From Camelus ferus (Eukaryota), in NCBI RefSeq assembly GCF_009834535.1, contig NC_045719.1, forward strand, positions 19,530,001 to 19,594,000: a stretch of DNA of 64,000 nt, in the 5' to 3' direction. This document shows positions 50,859-63,447 of the stretch, one piece after another (the first letter of the stretch is position 1; each line of letters opens with the position of its first letter). A program made the translations under genes and the position numbers. The notes beneath the pieces are model-generated. The model did not search any database, was not told the DNA's origin, and worked only from the letters and a program-made list of their open reading frames with translations.

Positions 50859-51517
50859 GTAAGTTTCAGCGTAGAACGTCGTTACACCCGATGAACGTCA
50901 TGGTGACAATTTTATCAAAGTCTCCATTAAGCTAACGTTTTCCTCAACATTTAAAAACAAATGAGAACATAGAATCCCGATTAATTCCTGTGCCCATTGT
51001 TCTTCCAATTTAAAGAAACCTGCCTCGTCCTGCTTCATAATATGTAAAAAATATATACATAATATGTAAAAGAGGGACCAAGTTTTCTTATATATGTCCA
51101 TAAAGATAGTGGCACATCAGGCAAAAATAAACATCGATAAAAGTAAAAGTACAACTTATTCTTTAATTGGCAGGTAACCTTGCTCCCCCATTCTTTAGCC
51201 CTCTCTCCAAGAGAGCTTGAGAATGTGATTCAATCTGGAATCGTGTTCCGCTACACTAGCTCCCCGAGCTAGCCAATTATCTATGAAGGTTTCTTCTTGG
51301 ATGCCCTCAGTTAGCTCTGCTCATTCAATGGAAAACTTGTGGTACTGAATTCGTTCTAAATGACAGGCAGAAAAATCTGTACTATTTGAATGGCAACTTA
51401 AATATACAATGCAAGGTATTTGATTTAACTTAAATTAAATTAATTTAATTTAGCTGTCAGAGCCCCCACAAAGACACTTAAGTGTTTCATGTGGTGTCTC
51501 CTTGATGTATAGAGGTA

Positions 51518-51588
51518 TGTGTGTGTGTGTGTGTGTCTGTCTGTGTGTGCGTGCGTGCACACACATGTGCATGCAAATGTGTGTGTGT
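51518..51588. repeat. Compound (TG)n/(CA)n alternating purine-pyrimidine tract
   Basis: tgtgtgtgtgtgtgtgtgtctgtctgtgtgtgcgtgcgtgcacacacatgtgcatgc... Confidence 0.9.
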
Positions 51589-51889
51589 ATGAGAGAGAAC
51601 ATACAAGTTTCCTCTGCCTTTGTAATGAAAGCTATTTTTGTTATTTTCTTTTATAAAAGTAAGAAAAAAACAAATTTCTATTAACCTATATAAAGTTGTA
51701 AAAAATGATAGACACTATTTTCATGATAAATTCCATCACGTAACTTTCAATACTGTTTCTTACAGTTCTTTCCCTGTATTCAGCATTCTGTTGTAACCTT
51801 GCTTAGACCATCTCTCTACCAGGCACAGAACCACAGCAGACAGAAAGAACAATTGTCCCTGGTGTACTCTCTACCAAAGAGATTTAGCC

Positions 51890-52010
51890 GATCAATGAAT
51901 CTGTCAATCAGATGTCAGATCAGATCTGATGATCTCTAATGTGCCCAGTTCTGTACCAAATGTGGTAGAGGATATGAAAGCATAAGACATAGTTCCTGCT
52001 CTCAGATAGA
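51890..52010 (-). mobile_element. LINE-2 3' end fragment
   Basis: aatgtgcccagttctgtaccaaatgtggtagaggata...aagacatagttcctgctctca. Confidence 0.55.
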
Positions 52011-54967
52011 GTGTCCAGGATTGGCATTGACCTTGGCAAATCCAACAAGTATTTATGTAGTCACATAACTCCAAAATGACAACATGAGAATGATGAGGAG
52101 TGCTTCAGGAATTTAAACAAGAGGATGTAACTGAGGAAACTACATCAAAGATGCGAGAAGTGAAATATCCAGCAGTTTACTATAGTTGATTTCCTTCTGG
52201 CAGGAAGCATCCTTGCCACAAGTGTGGTAATAAAAGAGTTGAGGAAGGGAGAGGAAAAAGTAAAACAAAATGTGGTGGCTATGAATGTAGTGAAAACACT
52301 TTACCTCAAGCTAGAATCATGTTTTCCTCAAAAATAAAATTCCAGAGAATCCCTAATAACTGAATTTCAACATGGGAGCAGTTGAGGCATCATTTCATCA
52401 TTCACAAGTCATTTCTTTGATGATATTTTGGGACAGCTTCTCCCATCCTCCTCTTCACCTGCCCCTCCTTATCCCACGTTCAATGGGCATTCGAGGCACC
52501 TGGAATATGGTGCTGGGACCTGCTGAGTATAGAGGGGACCACTGCAAACAGTGTGACTGTGTGGAGGAAGAAGGCTTCTGAAAGTTTTAAGGTTTTAATC
52601 TCAGTTAATTATTGAGATAGGTGGTCGGAGTCCTTGCCTTCCCCCAATGCCTGCAGGCTCAACTGCATGAGCCTGCTCGTCTATGACTCAGGGAGGCCTG
52701 AGAGTTTTCAGCTTTTCTATAAACAAGAGGCAGGGTTGGTGGGGGGCACAGAGTCCTGCTCCCTTTCCAGTCAACCGTAGTTCATTCTGAGTGCCTATCT
52801 GCCAATGTGTGCAAGTATTAAGCAAGAATTGGCCCCTGTCTTTAAGGAACTGGTTATCTGGCAGATGAGATGACATTTTACAAATATGAAAAAATAAATG
52901 ATTAGCTCATCACGGTTGTATTTTCAACATGTAGAATTTGCAATTGTGTGCCACGTGGTAAGAAATGAACGGTGTCTTAGAAGACGAAAGATGGTTGATC
53001 ACAATGCCGGTGTGCTTAGCTATTGCAAAATTCTCTAATTGGCTTCTGTGGCCATGCCTGTACAGGACTCTTGATTTTTCTTGATTTCTTCCTCCAGAGT
53101 CAGTTTTCTATGTGTATCTGCCACAAAGTCTAATTTAGCGCTTTGAGTACATGGCATTTAAAATGTGTGTATTTTGTAAATAAAGGAACCAAGGCACTCA
53201 GCCTTCCATGTCAGAGAGGACCCCATACGCCACAGGTAAACTGGTGTTTCTCTGCTGGTCCAGTTGGTCCCCTTCCCAACTCTCCCCGCTCTTTATTCGT
53301 AATGACCTTGGTTTGAAAGAGCACAACTTAAAATTGTAGGTGAATTGTTACTGACCGTCCCCTGATCTTTTGCCAGCTCCCTTCTTGTTTCTATGTCTAG
53401 TTGACTAAAGATACACGCTGTTCCTAAGAAGGGGTTGTGATATATCTGACTGATAACACACACTGGTCCAGAGGGGTATCTCTCGCACCATAGTCTTGAC
53501 TCCCTGAGGTTTGTAGCTAGAAGGAAACCACAAGGTAGAAATTGAGCCACAGCTCTTACAAATCGTGTCCACTGTGGATAATGCAAAACAGCTCACTCTA
53601 AAGTCACAAGAACCAAGAAGCCCTCCTGAGGTCTGAGCTCAGTGATGCCAGCTCTTTGCACATGTTTCACATTTTCATTATTTGTTGAGTCTTTTTTAAA
53701 ACCTCTTCCTTCACTGGCTTACTTTCAAACATAGTTGGAAGTAACACAACCTACATGTGGATTGCAGTGAAGATTACAATCCAGCATTCAAGAAATGAAA
53801 AAAAGAATAACACATTTTTGAGTTCCAAAGTATGAATTTCATTTATGAACTAGATTTCCAAATCATACAGATAGATATGATACAAGACTAAAGGCAACAT
53901 TTACACTTTGCAATAAACACACAATAAATGCAATAAATGATCTTTCATTCATTTATTCGTTCAAAACCTTGTTACTTAGCTCTATTATGGATACTTGGCT
54001 TCATCTTAACAATTAACTGTAGTTTGCTTTTATATGAGACCTGAATCTTCATGGCAATGCACAGCTTTGCTGCACACAAAGTGCAGAAATTCTTTCCAAT
54101 AATGTATGTAGAACTGGCGAAGCTTTTAAATAATGAAAACCTAAACACAAGCATAAAGTCTGGAATTCCCACATGGCAGTGGTGGCTGGAGAAGGCAATT
54201 AAGAGGGTGAAATCATGGTAGTAGTGGGCACTTGATTGTAAAAGAGGCAACTTCAAGATGGCAGCATCACCTCCCCTGATTGTTAATAAATAAATATTGA
54301 TGTTAATTTAGCACTTTTCATCTTCAAAGCACTTTACAATTATTAATTAGTCCTCTTAGGACTATTTGAAATATAATTTCTGAAGTTTGCATTTAAATTG
54401 GGTACTCATGATGGTGTTTTTTGGCTTCAAGTATAACAGCTTTTTTTTTTTTTTCCAATTCTCAGAATTTTTTTTTTTTTTCCTGGAATTAAAGCTAATA
54501 GGATGTACATAGCTAAACAGGCATTCCATGAAAGGTTATCTCAGGACGTGGAGTATGAAGTCACTGTCAGGAGGGAATGTATTTACCTAGTCTCAGAGCA
54601 ATGGACCAAGGTTCTGGTTCAGTTTCCCTGAAGACCTTCGACCAGGAAGAGGTTCTTTTAGATCATCAAACGAACCCACTTTGCACCCAAACCTTGGTAC
54701 AAGATGTCATCACTGCTTGGAACTACCATTCCAACTGCTAGCAACCATTCTCTTTTGCATGCGGATTCGTAGGCATCTTGATTTTACATTTTGTGTCAGA
54801 GAAGTACTTCCTAAATTCTAGGTGTCTTTTTGATCCTTTCACAAATGTTTATTAAGTTACCAAATTAAAATCAAAATAAAATCACGGATGCTTATCTCAT
54901 AGTTCATAGACTAACAGGAGGTCGAAGATGATATGAATAACCACCATACAGAATAAGTGATATTAAA

Positions 54968-55263
54968 AAAATAATACTCTCTTTTTGAGCAGTGTTTTGT
55001 TTACAATAAAATGAGGGAAAAGTACAGAGAGTTTCTATATACGCCTTCAACAACTCCCTGCCCCCGCCAAGTTCCCCGTATTATGAACACATTGCATAAG
55101 CACAGTACGTTTGTTAGAACTGATGAGTCAATATTGATACATAATTATTAACTAAAGTCCACGGTTCCCATTATGGTTCACTCTTGATGCTGTCTGTGCA
55201 ATGTGTTTTGACAAGTGTTTAATGACATGCATCCGCCATTACAGTATCGCACAGGATAGTTTT
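54968..55263 (-). mobile_element. L1MC1-like 3'UTR fragment
   Basis: ttgagcagtgttttgtttaca...aatattgatacataattattaactaaagtccac...catccgccattacagtatcgcacaggatagttt. Confidence 0.85.
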
Positions 55264-55797
55264 TCTTGTTATACGTTCTTGCCTGTCAGTTAATAAGAGT
55301 TTGACTTCGCTGTGGCCACTCACCTTTGTTCCAGACACACCTGCACTTCAAGGAGGTTGTGCCCCTTTGGTGACTGCTTGTACAAACACTGTGACATCAG
55401 TCTTCTCAGCTCCACTGAGCAGGAAGTCTCTCCATCCCCAGAGAAATACATTTCATTCAGCGTGACTGGGAGATAAGACCAGGGTTTAAGGGTTGGTGGT
55501 GAAAGGAAGACATTTGCAATTTAATTCCTTCTGACTTATATAAGAGGCCTTCCCAGAGAGACGTGCCTGTCATGCAACTTGTCCAATTAGAGAGCCTTCT
55601 GGTGTTTTCTTTTTGTTTGCCACACCTACCACCTCCCTCACTTCTGAAATGTCCAGGATTATCACAAGATCCACTCTTGCATCTCCTCTGTCTATGAACC
55701 TACGAATGATTCTACTAATCATTGGTGGAGATTTACCTCTATATTTTGGAAAAGCAGCTTACAGCTTTATTTAACCAAAACAGATATAGTGGCTTAC

Positions 55798-55831
<34 letters not shown>

Positions 55832-55899
55832 ATATATATTTATATTTATTTATATTTATATTTATATTTACATTTATATTTATTTTTATATAAAATATA
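55798..55899. repeat. (TG)n plus (TATATT)n low-complexity repeat
   Basis: Direct reading. Confidence 0.93.
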
Positions 55900-55959
55900 A
55901 AGATCCACAAACCTTTGCTGAACCACAACCCCCTACTTAGTATACAGAGGCCATCTTCC

Positions 55960-56130
55960 CATATCAACGTAGGCATCTAATTGCTTTGTGATTGTTTGTT
56001 TATGTCTGTCTCCCCTTGCAGACAGCGAGTTACATAATGGAAAGACACTGTTATTTATATTTACTCTTGAATCCTTCAATAATTTAAACTTTGCCTGCTA
56101 CATGACAGAGCCTCCATTTCTGAATGGATT
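55960..56130 (+). mobile_element. LINE-2 3' end fragment
   Basis: tgtttatgtctgtctccccttgcagacagcgagttacataatggaaagacactgtt. Confidence 0.55.
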
Positions 56131-56841
56131 TAAAACACAAAAGTAAAAAAAAAAAAATTTTTTTTTCAAAAGGAGATTCGGGGAGAATAAACTAGAAAAT
56201 CAACTTTCTGTACTGCTTCAAGGAGATGGTTTAAAAATGTGTCTAACTTTGCCAGCCCAGTCCTCACCCTTCATGAATGTGTAATAGCACAGAGAAGATG
56301 AAAGGAACGAGATACGCTTGTGGTTTGCAATCTCATGGCAAAAAAACCTTGATCAGAATATTATCATGTACCTCAAATTCAGCCCCCGGTTGTCCTTGAA
56401 GATCCCCCCTAAATGCCACATTAAATCATTAAGATTAAATATACTGATGACAACAAGGATCACTTTCCTTTCCCCCAGTGAGGAGCACTTCTCTATTCAC
56501 TGACAGAGGAAATTTCAGCCCCTGCCTCAGAGAACCTCAGATCTACCCAAAGCTTCATGGCTTCCTAGAGGATCATTGGTAAAGACTTCTGCTTACCTTT
56601 GGGCACCCATGGGCATCCTCTGGAAACCTTCCCTCCTTCCCCTGCTACGTATGGACCAGGCGCCCCTCTTGGGGACCCCGTTTCCTCTCACTCTGGATTT
56701 TAGTTGCCTGGACACTTGCACGTCTCCTCCCCTGGGCTTTAGGCCACATTATGGCAAGTAGCTGGTTTGCCTTCACCTGCATCCAGCTCAGTGTCTGGAA
56801 TATACTGTGGGGAGGTGGGAAGGAAGGAAATCAAGCAAGCA

Positions 56842-56876
<35 letters not shown>

Positions 56877-56998
56877 ATGAAGGAAGGCAAGTTTCACATC
56901 TAGAAATAATAAACTTTCTCTAACAAGCCCCGGTACATTAATGTTTAAGTGTTTCTCCTGGAATCTTGACTCATAAGGGAGCTCTGAGCTTTTCAGGA

Positions 56999-57034
56999 AA
57001 ACAAACAAACAAACAAACAAACAAACAAACAAAC
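56999..57034. repeat. (AAAC)9 microsatellite
   Basis: Direct reading. Confidence 0.96.
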
Positions 57035-57439
57035 ACCTACTTAGCACAGGAAACTGGCTGGACCACACCTCCTCTGGAAGCATCCTTGACACTGTGATTA
57101 GCCTTGGCTTTGCCTTCCCATCTGTCTGACTTTTACCGACTTATATTAGGTGACAGTGGCTGAGCTGACCTCAGCTATAATGCACTGCTGTCTTCCATGG
57201 GGTGTGTAATCACGCAGCCGGAGATGGAGATGTTCCGGCACTAACACCGTGGTCCTGTGTTGTGTGCGTTGTGTTACCTTGGGTGCCTTTTCCTTAGTGG
57301 CCTCCAGACTGTATTTGATTTTGTGTCTTTTCCATCCTCTGAGATGAGTTTAAGTCACTTGTATCCCATGGGCTGTGTTATTCCTACAGGGCAAATTGTC
57401 TCCTTCCTCTTAATACATCTTTTCTTATTTTATACGTAG

Positions 57440-57580
57440 CATGCATGTGTCTGATTGTGCAAATTAACTGAAGGCAGGGACCATGCCTTGTGTTACAGCT
57501 TTATCATTTCTTTTAGTGGTTCACTTATTAGGCTGAAGACAATAGGTGCTTGAAATGTTAAAAAATGATGGAATGCATAA
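57440..57580 (+). mobile_element. LINE-2 3' end fragment
   Basis: tgaaggcagggaccatgccttgt...aataggtgcttgaaatgtt...gaatgcat. Confidence 0.55.
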
Positions 57581-58444
57581 AAATTAAGGGAATTTCTGAA
57601 TCATAAATTGAAGTATTTCTTTCTAATTCAGTGCCTACCTATGCCTTCCAAACCTCCAAGATTCTGGGATTTCTATTAAGAATTTAAGATATTCAAGACA
57701 TGATTTTTCAAAAATCAGTGGCTACACTGGAATGTGGATCGTCTGTGTTTTTGTTGGGTCAACCAAAAATAACGTGTTTGTTCAAGATTTTTTTTTTCCA
57801 ATGCTGGACATCGAACTCTGGCGTGAAAGATGTCACTGTAAAGCGTTCACTCTCCTTCTCTGTCACCACCCACACAGACCTGCTAGGCTGCACCCTCACT
57901 GATGTCCCACATGGTGGCATCTCAGGAGCAGAAAGGTCAGGAACAAACAGCTCCAAGTTTGCAAGATTTAAAGGCAAGTCACCAGGACTTGGACTAGAGC
58001 CCCAAACCATACAGGGCAGTAAGGTCAGAGCTTAACTGCTTTCCCATCTCACTATTCAAGGACAAGAGAGCTTGATGCTGGAGACTCCAGCCCCATAATG
58101 CGTCTACTGAGGTGGCCATTTCATCACACATGGTTGCGAGTTGAGTTCTGACCACACAATTTAAATCGACAGCAGCAGGGCCCCGGTGGGGATGTGAGAA
58201 GCAGTGTCACACACGCAACATCCTTCTCCTAATTATAGAGACGTGGACAGGTGGCAGGAAGGGAATGAGAGGTGAGGTGGGGGGAGACGGAGGGGTGGGG
58301 AGGCACAGTGACATTTCCCATCTCGGGAGTACAAGATTCATTACCTCTGATGAAAAGTCACCAGGCTGCGGTGAGTCCTGACATACCCCGTGACAGGAGA
58401 AAGTGACATGGCCATTTGACATTCAGGGCTAGAAGTTTGCCGGT

Positions 58445-58638
58445 NNNNNNNNNNNNNNNNNNNNNNNNNNNNNNNNNNNNNNNNNNNNNNNNNNNNNNNN
58501 NNNNNNNNNNNNNNNNNNNNNNNNNNNNNNNNNNNNNNNNNNNNNNNNNNNNNNNNNNNNNNNNNNNNNNNNNNNNNNNNNNNNNNNNNNNNNNNNNNNN
58601 NNNNNNNNNNNNNNNNNNNNNNNNNNNNNNNNNNNNNN
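58445..58638. other. Undetermined sequence (194 N)
   Basis: Run of N. Confidence 0.99.
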
Positions 58639-60361
58639 AAATCGAGAGGTGTTTTTTGTCCTCTTTTTCATTCTAAACCACTTGGGAATGGGGGTGGGGA
58701 GCCACAAAGGAATCACAGGGTGCGACTTCTGATTTTCCACTGAATGAGCTACGATTCTGTCTGTGCTAATTTTTTTTTTCTTTTTTTTTTTTCATTCAAC
58801 TTCATGATGCTTTAAACCAGCCATCTGGTCACGGATGGGGCTGGGAAACACCGTTTTGCGACAGCTTCTAGCCTGAGCGGCCACGTGGATGAGAACATCA
58901 GTGGTCAATGCCACTTAACAAGCACTTCTTTACCTGGGGGTCAGGAAAAGGACAAGAGAAATGTTTTACAGCAGGTCATTTGAGGATAATTCCAGCGTGG
59001 CCTTGACCCGTGGGTTAGCATACAGGCATGCTGGGATTCCAGCAGGAGGGGTACCTCCCCTTCCTCCTATTCTGAGCCACTGAAGCTCCCATCCTTTGCA
59101 GGAGAACAGCCTGGATAGTCACCCCGTTGAGCCCAGAGGGATCCTAGATGTCTGGCTTGACTGGCTCCGTCTAACATTTTGAGGAGTCTCAAGCCACATG
59201 TTCATAGAAGGGTGAAGCGATCACCAGAGGTAACTTTACGTACAGACAGAATAAATGTTGCCCGTGCACCACGGTTTATGTAGCTGTGCCCTGGGAAGCA
59301 GGCAGGCTGGCCTGATCTAAGCTATCTGTGCCACGAAGCTCCCTCAGTGTCTACAAGTCCATTATTAGAAAAACATCAACTTAAATAAAAGCATTGTGTT
59401 TCCGAGGGTTTCAAAATAAGTCACCATTATTTCTTGGAAAAAAAAATATATTCTCAAACACAGGCAAAGACAGATAAAGCATGGTGGAAATTTTGCTGGG
59501 AAAGACCAATAGACTGTGATCCAAGAGGCCTGGAGAATTAGCAGTCACTGTTTCGGGAGGTTCACTGTGGACCCGGGGCTGACTCCCAGCCTTGTTCGTG
59601 CTACCACCTGATTTCTGGCCAGTTGAGTGTGATCTTACCACTTTTAGAGAAGTCCCATCACTCGCACATTCTCTGTGTCTGGGATCGATGTATAAAAACC
59701 AGGGTGGTGATTAATGTCATTTACAGTGAGAAATAACAATGGCACCGGATTTAGAACATGCAGAGGTCACATGACTAGGGCAGACATTACAGGTAAACAA
59801 GTCAAATCCTAAACAGAGGGTGTCCCGGTGACCAAGGAATCACCAGGGAAGTCAAGATGAGCCCAGCTCTCTGCCTTTTTGCAGACAGAGTAGGTGTGGC
59901 CAAGGCTGTCCTCACCCAATCTAGGGCTGCCTGGAGAGGCTGAGATAGTCAGCGCCCTTAGTGGAACGGATTCTTCTGAATAGTGCTGACATGGGCACTG
60001 ACAATCATGGCTTTCTCTCTGCACCCTCATTCAGTCTTCAGTGATAAACCCCGCCCTCTCTGCCCACCCTGCACTTCGTACCAGAGGGACGATGTTGAGA
60101 TCAGAGCTTCTGCCTTTCAGAAGGCAGACATCTTTTCCTGCTTTTCTAGTCACCTACAGACACAAACAACTTTGGGAGCATAAAGTCATAACTCGCTTTC
60201 ATTCCACTAGAATATACACTGATAGAATGGGGTTAACCTGGGGACAGAGTTCCTTGTCCAAAGTGGGAATTTCTGAACAGTCTAGGGAAAGTCTAGGGAA
60301 GTAGCTAAGATTTTTTGACAAACTTGGAAATAGAATGGTAAGAATGCCTGGAGAAAGCGCA

Positions 60362-60475
60362 GTGAAAAAAAAATGACAACGAATATATGTATGTTCGTGT
60401 ATAACTGAAAAGTTGTGCTCTACACTGGAATTTGACACAACATTGTAAAATGACTATAACTCAATTAAAAAAAAA
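60362..60475 (+). mobile_element. Heavily 5'-truncated camelid-type L1 (3' terminus plus poly-A)
   Basis: gaatatatgtatgttcgtgtataactgaaaagttgtgctctacactggaatttgacacaacattgtaaaatgactataactcaattaaaaaaaaa; possible TSD aaagcgca (60354-61) / aaagggca (60473-80), 7 of 8 identical. Confidence 0.85.
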
Positions 60476-62493
60476 GGGCATAACTTAAGGAGAAGAATAT
60501 AGAACAAAGAGACAGAAAAAAGGGGAAAAAACAAGAATGCAACCCCAAATATATCTCAAAAGGGCTAAAATTATGCCTATGATCTTCTAATGGAAATAGA
60601 ATAAAGAATGATTTGAATGCAATGGTTGTTAAAATGAAGACCTGGACGGTAATGAAACTGGATTATCTGGGTCAGCTGGACAGGGTGTGGTCAAAGGAAT
60701 AAACCAACTTTTTACTCACATCACACTTCAACTGCTCCTAATTGCAGAGACTGGATGAAGGGCGGTTTCTCTTTTCTATGGGCCTCAATTACCTTTACTT
60801 GGGAAAAAGGGCCTCCATTTCTGTCTAGACCACAAAGCAAAAAGACAACATGGCAACTAAAAGGGATTTCACAACAGTATAGTTCATGGCAAACTGAAAG
60901 CTGTCCTCATGTTCCCACGGTGGGGAAAGGACCTGCCATTCTTCTGCCCCAAACAAAATCTCATGCCTCCTCTTCCATGAAGTCTTCCCTGACTAACAAG
61001 CACAGTTGATGGTTCCTTCTCTAAATTTCTGCAGAATTCATCCCTCTTGCATAAATGCATTATGTGTGCTTGATTGTAAGGTTCTTTCTGTGTTTCCTAT
61101 TCATTCATCTTGCTTGAATGAGCAACTATAGCCTGGAGGTAAGAAGTTTCTAAAACCTAAAGTTAGTCTTTTGACCTCCTGGAAATGCAATTATCTTATT
61201 TATAAGATAAGGAAATGAGAATATGGACCTCAAAGGTCACTTCCAGTTCTAACATTCCATGAAACTCTATCGGACTTCCTTTGTCCTTCGCCTGGAAGGG
61301 AAATGTATTTCGCTTTGTTTAATTTGCACATCTCTGTGTTCAATCCAGTGTAAGCTGAACACTGTAAGAGCAAGACCTGGTACTCGACTGAATCCAGACA
61401 CCACCGGAGCGTCCCATTGACAGCCCTCCAGGTGCAGCAACGGCAGTCAGAGCTCAAACCAGCACAATCCTCTGGTTCTGCAATTAGAACTCGTAGGCAC
61501 TCTGTGCTTTGCAGAATCCAGGCTTTGCAGAATCAAAGTGCGTGTGTGTGTGTGTGTGTTTAACATTTTCATCCTAGAATACTGTATTGCCAGACTCTTT
61601 CTACCCTCATCTTGTTTATACATGTTTCTGCGATCAAGCTGTGTGGAGCCATCTACTCACACGGTTCCCGGTCGTGAGATTTCTCCACAGCTCTTGGTGT
61701 GATTAGCATCTGGAATATTGAACAGAAGTGATTTTATCCTGCAATCAAGAAGATTTCAGCTGACGTTAGATGTTAGTCCTTGCCGAATGCAGAAAGAAAG
61801 GAGGTGTATGAGAATTCGCATTGCTCACAGGTGAACAGAACATCAACCTGCAACTCATGGCTTGTCTTTACATGGTCTTACCATTTTTACATGCAGGCTA
61901 GTGCTCTTTGGAAGACTATCGATTCCACTCATTGGCATTACACAATTGGGGAGAAACTCATCAATATCCCATTGAACAGGGGAGATGGGGAGAGAATTTG
62001 TGGCAGCCGCAGGTGAAGCCCAAAGATTAGACCGCTGGATTGGGATGGATTTTCTTTACTTTTCCTTCGAATCTGTACATCACCCAAGAAGGAAGATTTT
62101 TGTTGCTGAGTGGATTTGGGGCTTATTAATCGCTTTAGGAATACAAGGCGCAGGGGTCTTCTTTTTCCCAGTTGTCCCCTGGCTATGCCATCTGATGATT
62201 CATCACCAAACACTTCCCCTCTGCCTTCCTGGGGGCTGTTAATTCAAACACAGAGGGAAATGGGGGTCGTCTTTTGTGCTGTTCTCTTAATCAAAATTAT
62301 TTCGTGAAATGCAACTGCAGAAAATAGATTCTTTTATTTTAGGATCAACCGCAGTTTCTACAATGTTCAGGCAAACCTGAGCCCCTCCTTAAAATGTCGG
62401 GGAAACAAAACCATCCCCACCTGAAGGGCCTCTTCACTTGTCTTGAAAGGATTTTTTTCGGCTGTTTCCCTTAAGCGGCTTTCTCCTTCTGTG

Positions 62494-62841
62494 NNNNNNN
62501 NNNNNNNNNNNNNNNNNNNNNNNNNNNNNNNNNNNNNNNNNNNNNNNNNNNNNNNNNNNNNNNNNNNNNNNNNNNNNNNNNNNNNNNNNNNNNNNNNNNN
62601 NNNNNNNNNNNNNNNNNNNNNNNNNNNNNNNNNNNNNNNNNNNNNNNNNGATTNNNNNNNNNNNNNNNNNNNNNNNNNNNNNNNNNNNNNNNNNNNNNNN
62701 NNNNNNNNNNNNNNNNNNNNNNNNNNNNNNNNNNNNNNNNNNNNNNNNNNNNNNNNNNNNNNNNNNNNNNNNNNNNNNNNNNNNNNNNNNNNNNNNNNNN
62801 NNNNNNNNNNNNNNNNNNNNNNNNNNNNNNNNNNNNNNNNN
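62494..62841. other. Two N runs (156 N and 189 N) separated by a 3-base island 'gat' (62650-62652)
   Basis: Direct reading. Confidence 0.99.
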
Positions 62842-62947
62842 AATGTGAAATGATTTAAGCGGCATAAACTTTAATGTTGCTCAAATGTGCTATCTAGAAA
62901 TATATCTCCTGGCTAGTTTATAATCGTACTCTGTGTTCAGAACACAT

Positions 62948-62971
62948 AACAACAACAACAACAACAACAAC
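62948..62971. repeat. (AAC)8 microsatellite
   Basis: Direct reading. Confidence 0.95.
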
Positions 62972-63317
62972 AAAAAACATCTCTTCAACGTTTTTTTTTT
63001 CATACCCTGATGCACAGAAAGCCCAAATTCTTGGTACCAAAGTGGGCTCCGGAAGTCATTTGAGAATATATATATATATATATATTTTTTTTTTTTAATT
63101 GACTGTTCTAAAGTCAAAGCTTCCAGAATAGAGGGTGATCTGTTTATTTAAATAACTCTCAAATGTCTCTAAAAGTGGGGCTGATGTAAGAAAATGTTGA
63201 TTTGTCTAACTAGCGTCACACATCCAGAAAGATTTCCCGTAGGAGGAATGGTATAGGTCAGAATGGCGGTATGATTCCTTGGTATTTCAGATTTAGGCAC
63301 CCAAAGACCAATGATTA

Positions 63318-63447
63318 GTGGGGGGAGGTATAGCTCAAGTGGTGGAGCACATGAATAGCATGCTCAGGGTCCTGGGTTCAATCCCCAGTACCACCCCAAT
63401 AAACAAACAAACAAACAAACCTAATTACCTCCCCCACTCCAAAGAAA
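63318..63447 (+). mobile_element. Vic-1-like camelid tRNA-derived SINE with perfect 15-bp TSD
   Basis: ggggaggtatagctcaagtggtggag...gggttcaatccccagtacc...aaacctaattacctcccc; TSD aaagaccaatgatta at 63303-63317 and 63448-63462. Confidence 0.95.

Noticed and set aside
51431-51452. Perfect 22-bp palindrome taaattaaattaatttaattta
   Set aside because: A/T-only low-complexity sequence; such palindromes arise readily by slippage
53264-53275. 12-nt match to the start of miR-133 (ttggtccccttc)
   Set aside because: Match stops after 12 nt and there is no complementary 5' arm or hairpin
56596-56804. Minus-strand segment with strong acceptor and donor
   Set aside because: Acceptor derives from an L2 tail or simple repeat and all three frames contain stops; at most an L2 pseudo-exon
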